Source: Candidatus Methanoperedens sp.
Lineage (GTDB): Archaea; Halobacteriota; Methanosarcinia; Methanosarcinales; Methanoperedenaceae
Direction: 5' to 3'
Length of the DNA: 32,000 nucleotides
Assembly (NCBI GenBank): GCA_041494705.1
Contig: JBGQBI010000001.1
Span: 120,001 to 152,000, forward strand
Below are positions 8,075-16,921 of this stretch, piece after piece. The notes under the pieces were generated by a model that had not been told where the DNA came from, searched no databases, and worked only from the letters and a program-made list of their open reading frames with translations. The first letter of the stretch is position 1; every line of letters starts with the position of its first letter. Both the position numbers and the translations under genes were made by a program.

Positions 8075-9742
8075 ATGAGAAGCGATAATATAAAAAAAGG
8101 ACTTGAACGCGCCCCTCACAGGTCTTTATTAAAAGCAGTAGGGCTGACCGATGAAGAAATGGCTCTTCCCTTCATAGGAGTGGTAAACTCCTGGAACGAG
8201 ATAATACCTGGGCACATTCATCTTGACAAGCTCGCCGAAGCCGTAAAAGCCGGGATACGCATGGCAGGCGGCGTACCTTTTGAGTTCAACACCATCGGGA
8301 TATGCGACGGCATAGCAATGGGGCATACGGGCATGAAGAATTCGCTGCCAAGCAGGGAATTGATAGCAGACAGCATCGAACTCATGGTCGAAGCGCACCA
8401 GTTTGACGGCATGGTCATGATACCCACATGCGATAAAATTGTCCCTGGTCACCTGATGGCAGCAGGAAGGCTGGACATCCCCGCCATCGTTGTGACAGGC
8501 GGACCCATGATGCCGGGGATGGTCGGGGATGAGCCCCGCGATGTTATCTCTCTCTTCGAGGCAGTCGGGGCGCGCAGAAACAATACGATAACAGACCGGG
8601 AACTCAAGAACCTTGAGGACTGCGCGTGCTGCGGGGCGGGTTCATGCGCCGGATTATTTACAGCCAATACGATGGCATGTGTTACAGAGGCGCTGGGCTT
8701 GAGCCTTCCCGGATGCGGAACAGCGCATGCAGTGGACGCCAAAAAGACAAGGATAGCAAAGCATTCAGGCATGAAGATACTTGAACTCGTGGAAAAAGGC
8801 ATAAGACCAACCCAAATAGTCACACGGGAATCGCTTGATAATGCGATACGCGTGGACATGGCAATAGGGGGCAGCACAAATACCGCGCTTCATTTACCCG
8901 CAATAGCGCAGGAATTCGGGCTTGACCTTCCGCTTATGAGGTTTGATGAAATAAGCAAAGAGACTCCGCATCTTATAAACCTGAGGCCGGGAGGAGACCG
9001 ATACCTTATAGACTTTGAACGCGCCGGCGGAGTACCCGCAATCCAGCAGCGGATGCAGGAGAAACTTGACATGGGCACCCTGACCGTATCAGGAAAAACC
9101 CTTGGAGAGAACCTGAAGGAATATATAATCATAAATCCGCGCGCCAATAAGGAGATAATCGCAACACTTGAATCACCGATACATGCCGAAGGTGGTATAG
9201 CTGTGCTGAAAGGCAGCCTCGCTCCTGATGGTTCGGTAATAAAACAGACTGCAGTAAGCCGGAAAATGCAGAGGCACTCAGGGCCTGCGCGTGTTTTTGA
9301 CGGCGAGGAGGCGGCGATGAAGGCTATAATGGCAAAGAAAATCAAATCTGGCGATTGCCTCGTTATCAGGTATGAAGGGCCAAAAGGAGGACCGGGAATG
9401 CGGGAAATGCTTTCACCGACTGCTGCGATAGCAGGCATGGGACTTATCGATTCGGTTGCGCTCATAACAGATGGGCGGTTCTCTGGCGGCACGAGGGGCC
9501 CGTGCATAGGTCATGTATCGCCTGAGGCTGCTGATGGCGGAGCCATTGCGCTTGTGAGGGATGGCGATATTATTGAGATTGATATACCAAAGCGTGTGTT
9601 GAATCTCAAGCTCTCGCAGGAAGAACTTGAGAAAAGAAGAAAAGCGTGGAAACCACCGGCGCCAAAGGTTACGAGAGGTTATCTGGCGCGGTATCAGAAA
9701 CAGGTGAGTTCGGCTGATAAAGGAGCCATCTTCAGGAATTAA
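8075..9742 (+). CDS. ilvD: dihydroxy-acid dehydratase
   Basis: 555 aa. IlvD/Edd signatures are present ([30 protein letters not shown]). Confidence 0.95.
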   Translation: MRSDNIKKGLERAPHRSLLKAVGLTDEEMALPFIGVVNSWNEIIPGHIHLDKLAEAVKAGIRMAGGVPFEFNTIGICDGIAMGHTGMKNSLPSRELIADSIELMVEAHQFDGMVMIPTCDKIVPGHLMAAGRLDIPAIVVTGGPMMPGMVGDEPRDVISLFEAVGARRNNTITDRELKNLEDCACCGAGSCAGLFTANTMACVTEALGLSLPGCGTAHAVDAKKTRIAKHSGMKILELVEKGIRPTQIVTRESLDNAIRVDMAIGGSTNTALHLPAIAQEFGLDLPLMRFDEISKETPHLINLRPGGDRYLIDFERAGGVPAIQQRMQEKLDMGTLTVSGKTLGENLKEYIIINPRANKEIIATLESPIHAEGGIAVLKGSLAPDGSVIKQTAVSRKMQRHSGPARVFDGEEAAMKAIMAKKIKSGDCLVIRYEGPKGGPGMREMLSPTAAIAGMGLIDSVALITDGRFSGGTRGPCIGHVSPEAADGGAIALVRDGDIIEIDIPKRVLNLKLSQEELEKRRKAWKPPAPKVTRGYLARYQKQVSSADKGAIFRN

Positions 9743-9812
9743 TTCCACCATCTTTTTATATATCCGATGCAATGTATAATTATCGCAAAGACCTATTAAT
9801 TCAGGCTTTAAT

Positions 9813-10106
9813 ATGAAAACACTTGATGAAATAAAAAATATCCTTTCGCAGCATAAGGAAGAAATAAAACAAAAGTATGAAGTCAGAGAGATAGGGATAT
9901 TTGGCTCATATGTGAGAGGAGAAGAAAGAGAAGCCAGCGATATTGACATTCTCGTGGAGCTTGGGAAAGCTATTGGATTGATAAAATTTATCGAAATCGA
10001 GGAATACCTTAGCGAGCTATTAGGGGTGAAAGTAGACCTCGTGATGAAAGGGGCACTCAAACCAAGGATAGGGAAGCGTATTTTAAGGGAAGTGGTCTAT
10101 GTATAA
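9813..10106 (+). CDS. mntA: minimal nucleotidyltransferase (MNT) antitoxin of a HEPN/MNT module
   Basis: 97 aa. It carries the GSxxRGx(n)SDIDILV nucleotidyltransferase motif (GIFGSYVRGEEREASDIDILVE) and overlaps the downstream HEPN gene by 8 nt. Confidence 0.85.
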   Translation: MKTLDEIKNILSQHKEEIKQKYEVREIGIFGSYVRGEEREASDIDILVELGKAIGLIKFIEIEEYLSELLGVKVDLVMKGALKPRIGKRILREVVYV

Positions 10107-10437
10107 GAGAGAGTACGGGGACTATATAGAAGACATAGTTGATGCCATGGATAAAGCCGTGCAATTTACGGAAAATATGGACTACAGTGATTTTATTCAT
10201 GATAACAAGACTATCTTTGCTGTAATCAGGGCGCTGGAAATAATAGGCGAAGCCGTGAAAAAGATTCCTGAGGATGTAAGAATAAAGAATCCTGAAATTC
10301 CCTGGAAGCGCATAGCAGGGATGAGAGATAAGGTTATTCACGAGTATTTTGGTGTCAAGTTAGAAGTTGTCTGGACAACGGTAAAAGAGGAAATTCCTGC
10401 TTTAAAACCCCTTTTTCAAGATATTCTGAAAAAGTAA
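10099..10437 (+). CDS. hepT: HEPN-domain (DUF86) toxin of a HEPN/MNT module
   Basis: 112 aa. The Rx4HxY RNase motif is present as RDKVIHEY. Overlaps the MNT gene. Confidence 0.85.
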   Translation: MYKREYGDYIEDIVDAMDKAVQFTENMDYSDFIHDNKTIFAVIRALEIIGEAVKKIPEDVRIKNPEIPWKRIAGMRDKVIHEYFGVKLEVVWTTVKEEIPALKPLFQDILKK

Positions 10438-10472
10438 ATAGCCATGATGTGGCCGTTTTTTGCAATTTTGCA

Positions 10473-11435
10473 TTAATATTTCCGCTCAATCATATAATCC
10501 GCAAGCCCTATGAGCGTCTTCTTTGCTTCGGAATCAGGAAGCACTGACAGTGCAGCCTTGCCCTCATCCACAAACCCAAGCGCCTTGTTCATTGCATAAT
10601 CAACCGAACCTGATTCTTTAAGGGTGGTAAGCGCTGCGGATATCTCGCTCCTTGTCGCATTGCTCTTCCCGAGCGCATCTATGCTGACCCCTTTTGACAA
10701 TGCATGGATAACAATAAGTGTGCGTTTACCCTCGATAATGTCCCCTCCCTGCGCTTTCCCAAGAATCTCCTCAGGCGTAATAAGGTCAATAACATCGTCG
10801 TATATCTGGAACCCAACTCCTGTCAGCCGGCCGAAATCCCACAGCGCACGTACTACTTCCCTGTTAGCCCCGGACAGTACAGCGCCCATTTTCACGGCAG
10901 TGGCAAAAAGCACTGCGGTCTTTTTCTCCACCATGCGCATGTACTCTTCTTCGGTAACGTCCTTCCTTGTTTCAAAATTCATATCCATCCACTGGCCTTC
11001 GCAGATATCCGTACAGGTTTTCGAAAGGAGTTCAAGACTTTCAACAAGCCTTTGCGGCTCGCTTTTTGTGCAGGAAAGGATTTCAAAAGCTTTTGAATAA
11101 AGGGCATCGCCCGCGATAATCGCTCTCGGAACACCCCATTTTTTATGAACTGTGGTAAGTCCCCTTCTGAGGTCTGCCTCGTCCATTATGTCATCATGTA
11201 TCAAAGTGAAATTATGAACCAGTTCTACAGCCACTGCCGCGGGAAGTACATCTTCGGGCTTGCCTCCTACAGCTTCTGCCGCCAATAACAATGCAGACGG
11301 GCGAAGCCTTTTTCCTCCACCATCCAGCAGGTGGCGCATGGCTTTATACAATTCATCCGGGGGAGTGATAGGAAGGAATTTGGGGATGGATTCGTCCACC
11401 AATTTGGCTTTTTTCTGGAGGATTTCTTCAATCAT
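10473..11435 (-). CDS. idsA: (geranyl)geranyl diphosphate synthase, trans-polyprenyl synthetase family
   Basis: 320 aa. The first and second Asp-rich motifs are present (LIHDDIMDEAD and QIYDDVID). Confidence 0.9.
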   Translation of the reverse strand: MIEEILQKKAKLVDESIPKFLPITPPDELYKAMRHLLDGGGKRLRPSALLLAAEAVGGKPEDVLPAAVAVELVHNFTLIHDDIMDEADLRRGLTTVHKKWGVPRAIIAGDALYSKAFEILSCTKSEPQRLVESLELLSKTCTDICEGQWMDMNFETRKDVTEEEYMRMVEKKTAVLFATAVKMGAVLSGANREVVRALWDFGRLTGVGFQIYDDVIDLITPEEILGKAQGGDIIEGKRTLIVIHALSKGVSIDALGKSNATRSEISAALTTLKESGSVDYAMNKALGFVDEGKAALSVLPDSEAKKTLIGLADYMIERKY

Positions 11436-11477
11436 AAACTGGTTATCTCCGTTTTAAAGAATTTCTTATGAGGTGTT

Positions 11478-12815
11478 TCATAAAACCATTTCCTCACCGT
11501 TTCTCATGATATGCACCGTGTCTCCGAATACATAGCCTGCATCCTCGGCAAGCTCGACGTAATGGGAATGCATTACCATATTTCCGTGTGATGGTATTAC
11601 CTGTTCAGGGTTTACCATTCTCAAAAGTTCCCAGTGGTCTTCCTTGGAAGCATGCCCTGAAACATGCACATTTTCATAAAGGCGCGCTCCTGCCATTTTC
11701 AATTTTATTTCAAGAGCATGCCTGTTCGCCATCGTCATCGGGCTGGGTATGGTGTTCGCCGAAAAAATCACTTTATCTCCGGGCTCAATCCTAAACTGCG
11801 TCTCCCCGTTCGCTATCCGTGTCAGGATAGAATCGGGTTCGCCCTGATGTCCCGTTACAATGGGGAGGTATCTCTTCTTTCCCTCCTGGGATATGCGTTT
11901 CAAGGCTTTTTCGACAGCGTTCCTGTTGCCGTATACTTCAAGGTTTTCCGGGAATTTTATATACTTCATCTTCTCGGCTATTGAAAGATAGCGTTCCATC
12001 GAACGCCCGAGAAGCACCGGTATCCTGTCCATCTCCTCAGCCGCCTGGATAATTGCATTAATCCGGGCCACGTGGGATGAGAATGTGGTGATTATAACTC
12101 CCGATTCCGTTTCTTCAGTTCCAAGAAGCACATCGCGGACAAGGTCTTTTGCTATCTGTTCAGACGGCGTCTTCCCCGATAGCCCTGAGTTCGTACTCTC
12201 GGTAATCATTGCCTTTACACCCTCATTTCCGAGTTTCCGGAGCCTCTGGAAGTCGGGCGCTTCCTGCAGTGTAGGCGTGCGGTCCAATTTGAAATCGCTG
12301 GCATACAAGATTACGCCATCCGGGGTATGGATTGCCGCAAACGCCGAATCCACAATGCTGTGCTGTATGCGGACAAATTCAATCTGTATATCCGGCGTTA
12401 ATTTATAGATCCCGCCAAGGCGGAGGGGAATCACTTCATTGGTAACCCTGAATTTCTTTTCATCCGATATCTCATGTTTTACAAGTTCTGCAGTATAAGG
12501 TGTGGCGATAATAGGCGCTTTGTACCTGTGCGCCAATTTGGAGATTGCCCCGATATGGTCAAGGTGACCATGTGTGCATACAATAGCCCGGACGCTTCCG
12601 CCGGCTTCGTTCATGATGGTGTCGTCTGGAATAGCCCCCATCTTGATGAGTTCCATTGAGTGCATCTTGTCTATTTCCACATCTTCATGTATCTGCACCC
12701 TGTCCAATTGCAGTCCCATGTCAAGTACAATTATATCCTTATCAATCCTTACGCCAGTCATGTTCCGGCCCATTTCGTTATAGCCGCCGACTGCAATAAT
12801 TCCAATTTCTGTCAT
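11478..12815 (-). CDS. rnj: archaeal RNase J (metallo-beta-lactamase/beta-CASP ribonuclease)
   Basis: HGHLDH motif and a size typical of archaeal RNase J. The ORF track starts at a GTG (12824). I prefer the ATG at 12813-12815 (MTEIGIIAVGG...) because GGAGTG lies 7 nt upstream. Confidence 0.85.
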   Translation of the reverse strand: MTEIGIIAVGGYNEMGRNMTGVRIDKDIIVLDMGLQLDRVQIHEDVEIDKMHSMELIKMGAIPDDTIMNEAGGSVRAIVCTHGHLDHIGAISKLAHRYKAPIIATPYTAELVKHEISDEKKFRVTNEVIPLRLGGIYKLTPDIQIEFVRIQHSIVDSAFAAIHTPDGVILYASDFKLDRTPTLQEAPDFQRLRKLGNEGVKAMITESTNSGLSGKTPSEQIAKDLVRDVLLGTEETESGVIITTFSSHVARINAIIQAAEEMDRIPVLLGRSMERYLSIAEKMKYIKFPENLEVYGNRNAVEKALKRISQEGKKRYLPIVTGHQGEPDSILTRIANGETQFRIEPGDKVIFSANTIPSPMTMANRHALEIKLKMAGARLYENVHVSGHASKEDHWELLRMVNPEQVIPSHGNMVMHSHYVELAEDAGYVFGDTVHIMRNGEEMVL

Positions 12816-12854
12816 TTGATTCACTCCATAATAATAATTCTTTATATTTTACAT

Positions 12855-13961
12855 TTACATTTTATATCTTTTTCTTGCAAATTTAGCAGTTTCAAAACCT
12901 CTCTGCTCCAAAAATTCTCTTGTCCTGCCTGTAATAACCACAGGCGCATTACCAAGCTCTTCAACATTCTGGCATCCGTTCAGGAACATGGCAACTTTGA
13001 GCTCTTCAATAATCATGGCGAGCTTATCGACCACATCTTTCTGTCCCTTTAAAGCAGGCGCTACAAGCGGGAGCGCAATACCGCAGAGGGACGCCCCCAG
13101 GGCAATGGATTTTGCGGCATCAATGCCTGAACGGATGCCGCCCGTTGCGATAACTGGGATGGAGATAGTGGATTCTACAATGCTTACTGCGGTCGGTATT
13201 CCCCAGTTCCAGAATTCCTTGCCAAGATGTTCTGACAATACATCACCGCGTTTTTGCGCCCTGTATGTTTCAACTCCAGCCCAGCTTGTCCCGCCAAGAC
13301 CGCCGACGTCTATGGCAGCTGCGCCCGCATCGCATATAGCCAATGCCTGGGAATGAGCTATGCCCGCTCCCGTCTCTTTTACGATTACGGGAACCGAAAG
13401 TTCGGTACAGATTTTCTTGATTGCAGCAAGGCATCCCGATGCATCGATATTGCCTTCGGGCTGTATAGCCTCCTGCAGGAAATTCAAGTGAATTGCCATA
13501 GCATCTGCGCCTATCATCTCGACAGCCCGCTCAAGTCCTTCAATTCCGAACTCGCCAAGCTGGGCTGCGCCCACATTTCCATAGATAAACGCATTGGGAG
13601 CTTTATCCCTGACTATCCTGAATGAATCTTCCATGCTCGGGTCTTCTATTGCTGCCCTCTGGCTGCCCACTCCGATACCTATGCCAAGCTCCTCAGCCGC
13701 GCTTGCAAGGGTGGCATTTACGGATTTGGTGTCAGGATGCCCGCCCGTCATCGATGCTATCAGGAACGGGGAGCGTAATTTCTTACCCAGGAACTCAGTC
13801 TCAAGATTCAGGTTTTTCTTGTTGATTTCGGGAAGACAGTTATGAACAAGTTCAAGGTCATCAAAACCGCACGCTCTAAGCCCTGTATGACCTCTATGCG
13901 CTTCAACGTCTTTTTCAACGCATAATAATAAATGTTCAATCTTCCTATCGGATGTCGTCAT
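12855..13961 (-). CDS. fni: type 2 (FMN-dependent) isopentenyl-diphosphate delta-isomerase
   Basis: 368 aa. TIM-barrel flavoenzyme motifs are present (SMTGG, VKETGAG, GGLGGTSWA, ATGGIRSG), and the gene sits in the isoprenoid operon. Confidence 0.9.
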   Translation of the reverse strand: MTTSDRKIEHLLLCVEKDVEAHRGHTGLRACGFDDLELVHNCLPEINKKNLNLETEFLGKKLRSPFLIASMTGGHPDTKSVNATLASAAEELGIGIGVGSQRAAIEDPSMEDSFRIVRDKAPNAFIYGNVGAAQLGEFGIEGLERAVEMIGADAMAIHLNFLQEAIQPEGNIDASGCLAAIKKICTELSVPVIVKETGAGIAHSQALAICDAGAAAIDVGGLGGTSWAGVETYRAQKRGDVLSEHLGKEFWNWGIPTAVSIVESTISIPVIATGGIRSGIDAAKSIALGASLCGIALPLVAPALKGQKDVVDKLAMIIEELKVAMFLNGCQNVEELGNAPVVITGRTREFLEQRGFETAKFARKRYKM

Positions 13962-13995
13962 CTAATACCTTTACGTTCGAACTTTTATATATAAC

Positions 13996-14763
13996 TCATT
14001 TGTCTGTTATCAATGTCCCTACATCTTCTCCATATAAAAATCTTGAGACGACACCTTTCCTTCCGGCATTGAAAATCCGCGAGCTTATCCCTTTGCCTGC
14101 AAGTTCCAGGAGTTCGGATACCTTCCCGAGCATTCCGCCGGTCACGTCGGTTGATGTTGAACCCCTGATATTTTTCTTCATATCGGCAAAGCTAAGAGGC
14201 GTGATTTTTTTTATAACAATGCCATCGGCATCCATCACGCCGTCAACATCGCTTCCCGCCCCTATTTTTGTGGCGTTTAAAGCAAGTGCTATGTACGGGA
14301 TTATCCTGTCGCCTGAGAGGACTGCCGCTCCTTTAATCCTGTCCATTACCACATCACCGTGAATTACAGGTATTATCCCTCTTTCCAGCATCAATTTCAC
14401 CTGGCTGAGCTGGAATTCAATGAGTTTCCCGTTTTCAAGGAGGCATGAACTTAACGGGTGAACAGGCAGCGCATGGGCGCCCGCACGATTCAATGAATCC
14501 ACTACCATCGAATTCAGTGTTTTGACCGAAACGTGTGTCAAATACACGCCTTCTGCATCGAATCTTTCGTCAAGTTTGTATTTCATCGCCTGCGGATGAC
14601 CGAAAGACCCTGCCCCGTGGACAAGTATCAGGTTTGAACCTGAATCAGAGTAAAACGAGGCAATCTCCTCTGATATCCTGTCGATTTCATCTTTCCTGGC
14701 GCTTGATACTGAACCCTTGTCCGTTATCACGCTTCCCCCGATTTTTAAAATCACAAGGCTCAT
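13996..14763 (-). CDS. ipk: isopentenyl phosphate kinase (amino-acid-kinase fold)
   Basis: 255 aa. ILKIGGSVITDK and LVHGAGSFGH motifs. The start overlaps the mvk stop (ATGA). Confidence 0.85.
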   Translation of the reverse strand: MSLVILKIGGSVITDKGSVSSARKDEIDRISEEIASFYSDSGSNLILVHGAGSFGHPQAMKYKLDERFDAEGVYLTHVSVKTLNSMVVDSLNRAGAHALPVHPLSSCLLENGKLIEFQLSQVKLMLERGIIPVIHGDVVMDRIKGAAVLSGDRIIPYIALALNATKIGAGSDVDGVMDADGIVIKKITPLSFADMKKNIRGSTSTDVTGGMLGKVSELLELAGKGISSRIFNAGRKGVVSRFLYGEDVGTLITDK

Positions 14764-15659
14764 TCCTGAATTACCCCCTCTGGAGTGGCTCTGGTAATTA
14801 TCGCTTTCCCGCCTGCTTTTTCTATGGCTTCTGCCACTTCACGGGGTGAATCCGAAAGGGCAACCATACAGCCGCCGCCGCCTGCGCCTGTGAGTTTTGC
14901 CCCATACGCTCCAGCGTTCCTTGCAGCATAAACAAGGGCTGATAATTCCATTGTGCTCACGCCAAGGGCATCAAGCAGCCCGTGGTTCACGTTCATGAGT
15001 TTGCCAAGCGAAGCATAATTTTTTTGGGAAACCATGACTTTGCCCTGTCCTGCGAATGAACCGATTGTTTTGATTATCGGGTTTATGATGTCGGGATGTT
15101 CTTCCCTGAGCCGGGCGACCTGCAAAACGAGTTTTGCGGTTTTCTTGGGAGATGCGCCTTTATTCGTGTTGCCGATTACTATGCCGCAGTCAAGGAGTTC
15201 AAGTTTCTTTCGCGAAGGTATCTCCACCACCCCGCCAAATGTCGAGACAAATGTATCGGTTGGGCTTGCCGCTCCCTGCACTTCCTTTTCTATTTCATGC
15301 CCCATTTTTGCAAGTTCTTCTTTTTCATATCCAAGCCCGAATTCGATATTGATGGCGGATAGCGTTGCTATGGTGACGGCTGCGGATGAGCCGAGTCCCG
15401 AGCCTACGGGGATTTCTGAGGTTATTTCTATAAAGACGCTGGGAGAGCCCAGTTTCCGGATAGCTGAGGAGACATAAGGATGAATATCAAAATCAAGTTT
15501 TGTTGTACCGATATCAGAGGAGATGGTTATTTCATTAGCTCTTTTTGCAAGAACGCGGGTTCGAAGCTCGACTGCGCATGCGATAGCCGGCTCGCCATAT
15601 ACCACGGCATGCTCGCCAAACAGGTATATCTTGCCCGGGGCTGAGCAGGTAGTGGTCAT
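14760..15659 (-). CDS. mvk: mevalonate kinase (GHMP kinase)
   Basis: 299 aa. N-terminal GKIYLFGEHAVVYG, GHMP motif PVGSGLGSSAA, and C-terminal KLTGAGGGGC. Confidence 0.9.
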   Translation of the reverse strand: MTTTCSAPGKIYLFGEHAVVYGEPAIACAVELRTRVLAKRANEITISSDIGTTKLDFDIHPYVSSAIRKLGSPSVFIEITSEIPVGSGLGSSAAVTIATLSAINIEFGLGYEKEELAKMGHEIEKEVQGAASPTDTFVSTFGGVVEIPSRKKLELLDCGIVIGNTNKGASPKKTAKLVLQVARLREEHPDIINPIIKTIGSFAGQGKVMVSQKNYASLGKLMNVNHGLLDALGVSTMELSALVYAARNAGAYGAKLTGAGGGGCMVALSDSPREVAEAIEKAGGKAIITRATPEGVIQE

Positions 15660-15764
15660 TTCAGAAGTTCTCCTGCCTTAGAGATGACACGGATAAATAT
15701 AAGCGTTGCCGATTCGAACATACGAAACGAAAAAAGATTTAAAGCTTGAAGACAAGCATCGTAT

Positions 15765-15875
15765 ATGAGTGAATTTTCTAAAGCTGAGCTTGAAGAAATC
15801 GAACAACTAAAAAAAGAATCTTCGAAGGGAGAGCATGTTCGATGGGACGATTTAAAGAAGGATTTGTTTTCGTGA
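15765..15875 (+). CDS. very small ORF (36 aa), possible antitoxin fragment
   Basis: Hand-found ORF: MSEFSKAELEEIEQLKKESSKGEHVRWDDLKKDLFS. Charged and helical-looking. No clear RBS and no family recognised. Confidence 0.2.
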   Translation: MSEFSKAELEEIEQLKKESSKGEHVRWDDLKKDLFS

Positions 15876-15926
15876 ATCTGTTAGAACAAAGGGTTTTAGT
15901 CGGTTCAAGCTGATGAAGGCAGGAAA

Positions 15927-16100
15927 ATGAAATCCATTGAGCTTTATAAACAGGGCAAAGTCAGTCTCGGTCTTGGGGCGAAAATTGCAAGGCTTTCAAT
16001 ATCGGAATATATAGACTTGTTAAAAGAGTATAAGGTTCAAATCAACATCGATATTGATGATGCTAAAAAAGCGTTGGGGTATGCGAGAGGGAATCTATAA
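15927..16100 (+). CDS. small UPF0175-like (antitoxin-like) protein, 57 aa
   Basis: Hand-found ORF: MKSIELYKQGKVSLGLGAKIARLSISEYIDLLKEYKVQINIDIDDAKKALGYARGNL. The LY..GK.SLG.AA..A..S..EF...L pattern matches my memory of UPF0175 antitoxin-like proteins. No partner toxin follows. Confidence 0.4.
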   Translation: MKSIELYKQGKVSLGLGAKIARLSISEYIDLLKEYKVQINIDIDDAKKALGYARGNL

Positions 16101-16739
16101 CCTTCGCATTGATATCCCCTCCCCATCACACACAAGAACCTCGCCCTCATATCCGCGCGGCAGCGTCCGCAAGTTAGCGAAACTCAGCTTATCCCCAAGC
16201 TGCGCCATGATGCTCATATAACTTCGCAGCTTCTTCATCTCATACCGCTTAAGCACCCATGCCATTCCATCCGCGCTCTCACTCGCCATCTCCTTCTCAA
16301 GCCCCTCGCAGTGCATCACTTCCACGCCCCGCTCGCCCATAAAAAAAGGATAGCATCTGCAAATCATGGGACGAAATTCGTATATCGTGCAAGCGCCATC
16401 CCTGTAAAAAAAGCACTCTCCATCATCATTTCGCGGCAGTATCCACCCGATTGCCCACATATTATCACCGTCTGATAAGCATGAATAAATATCAGGCTGC
16501 GCCACATCATCCCATTTCATTCCTGTTCCTTTCATTATGCGCCTGATATCATCGGGAAATATAGAAATCGCATTAGAGGGACGCAAAATATCCTTCGTAA
16601 TCCTGATGCTGAAATTATCATGGCAGCACCAGCCGCAGCGCGCGCATGAAAAGCCGGATTTCAGGATATCCGGGACATAACCTCGTGAATGTGTATGAAT
16701 GAGGCTTTCCACTCTTCCCCGGAGAGAGACGATGTCCAT
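16095..16739 (-). CDS. YkgJ-family (CxxCxxCC) zinc/iron-chelating cysteine-cluster protein
   Basis: 214 aa. CARCGWCCHDNF is the CxxCxxCC signature, and further Cys residues lie downstream (CTIYEFRPMICRCYPF). Confidence 0.7.
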   Translation of the reverse strand: MDIVSLRGRVESLIHTHSRGYVPDILKSGFSCARCGWCCHDNFSIRITKDILRPSNAISIFPDDIRRIMKGTGMKWDDVAQPDIYSCLSDGDNMWAIGWILPRNDDGECFFYRDGACTIYEFRPMICRCYPFFMGERGVEVMHCEGLEKEMASESADGMAWVLKRYEMKKLRSYMSIMAQLGDKLSFANLRTLPRGYEGEVLVCDGEGISMRRL

Positions 16740-16921
16740 GAATAAACATCGTATCGGGAGGGATATAAAGTCTTTTGATTGTTCAAAGGTGCTGGGGATT
16801 TAATCAAAATCCAGCAAGCAAGGAAGCAAGGAAAAGATATATAAATGTTTGGAGACACAATAAAAATGATGAGTTGTGGGAATATCCATAAAGTTTCAAT
16901 AATTAATTTGGGTGATATTGA

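Noticed and set aside
8890-10060. Minus-strand ORFs of 205 and 215 aa across ilvD, the ilvD-mntA spacer and mntA
   Set aside because: They are antisense to two well-supported genes, the products are low-complexity, and one would have to span an intergenic region. They look like chance open frames.
10473-15659. The mevalonate/GGPP synthase gene block as a terpene secondary-metabolite cluster
   Set aside because: The content (mvk, ipk, type-2 IDI, GGPP synthase) is the core archaeal membrane-lipid precursor pathway, and no terpene cyclase or tailoring genes are present.
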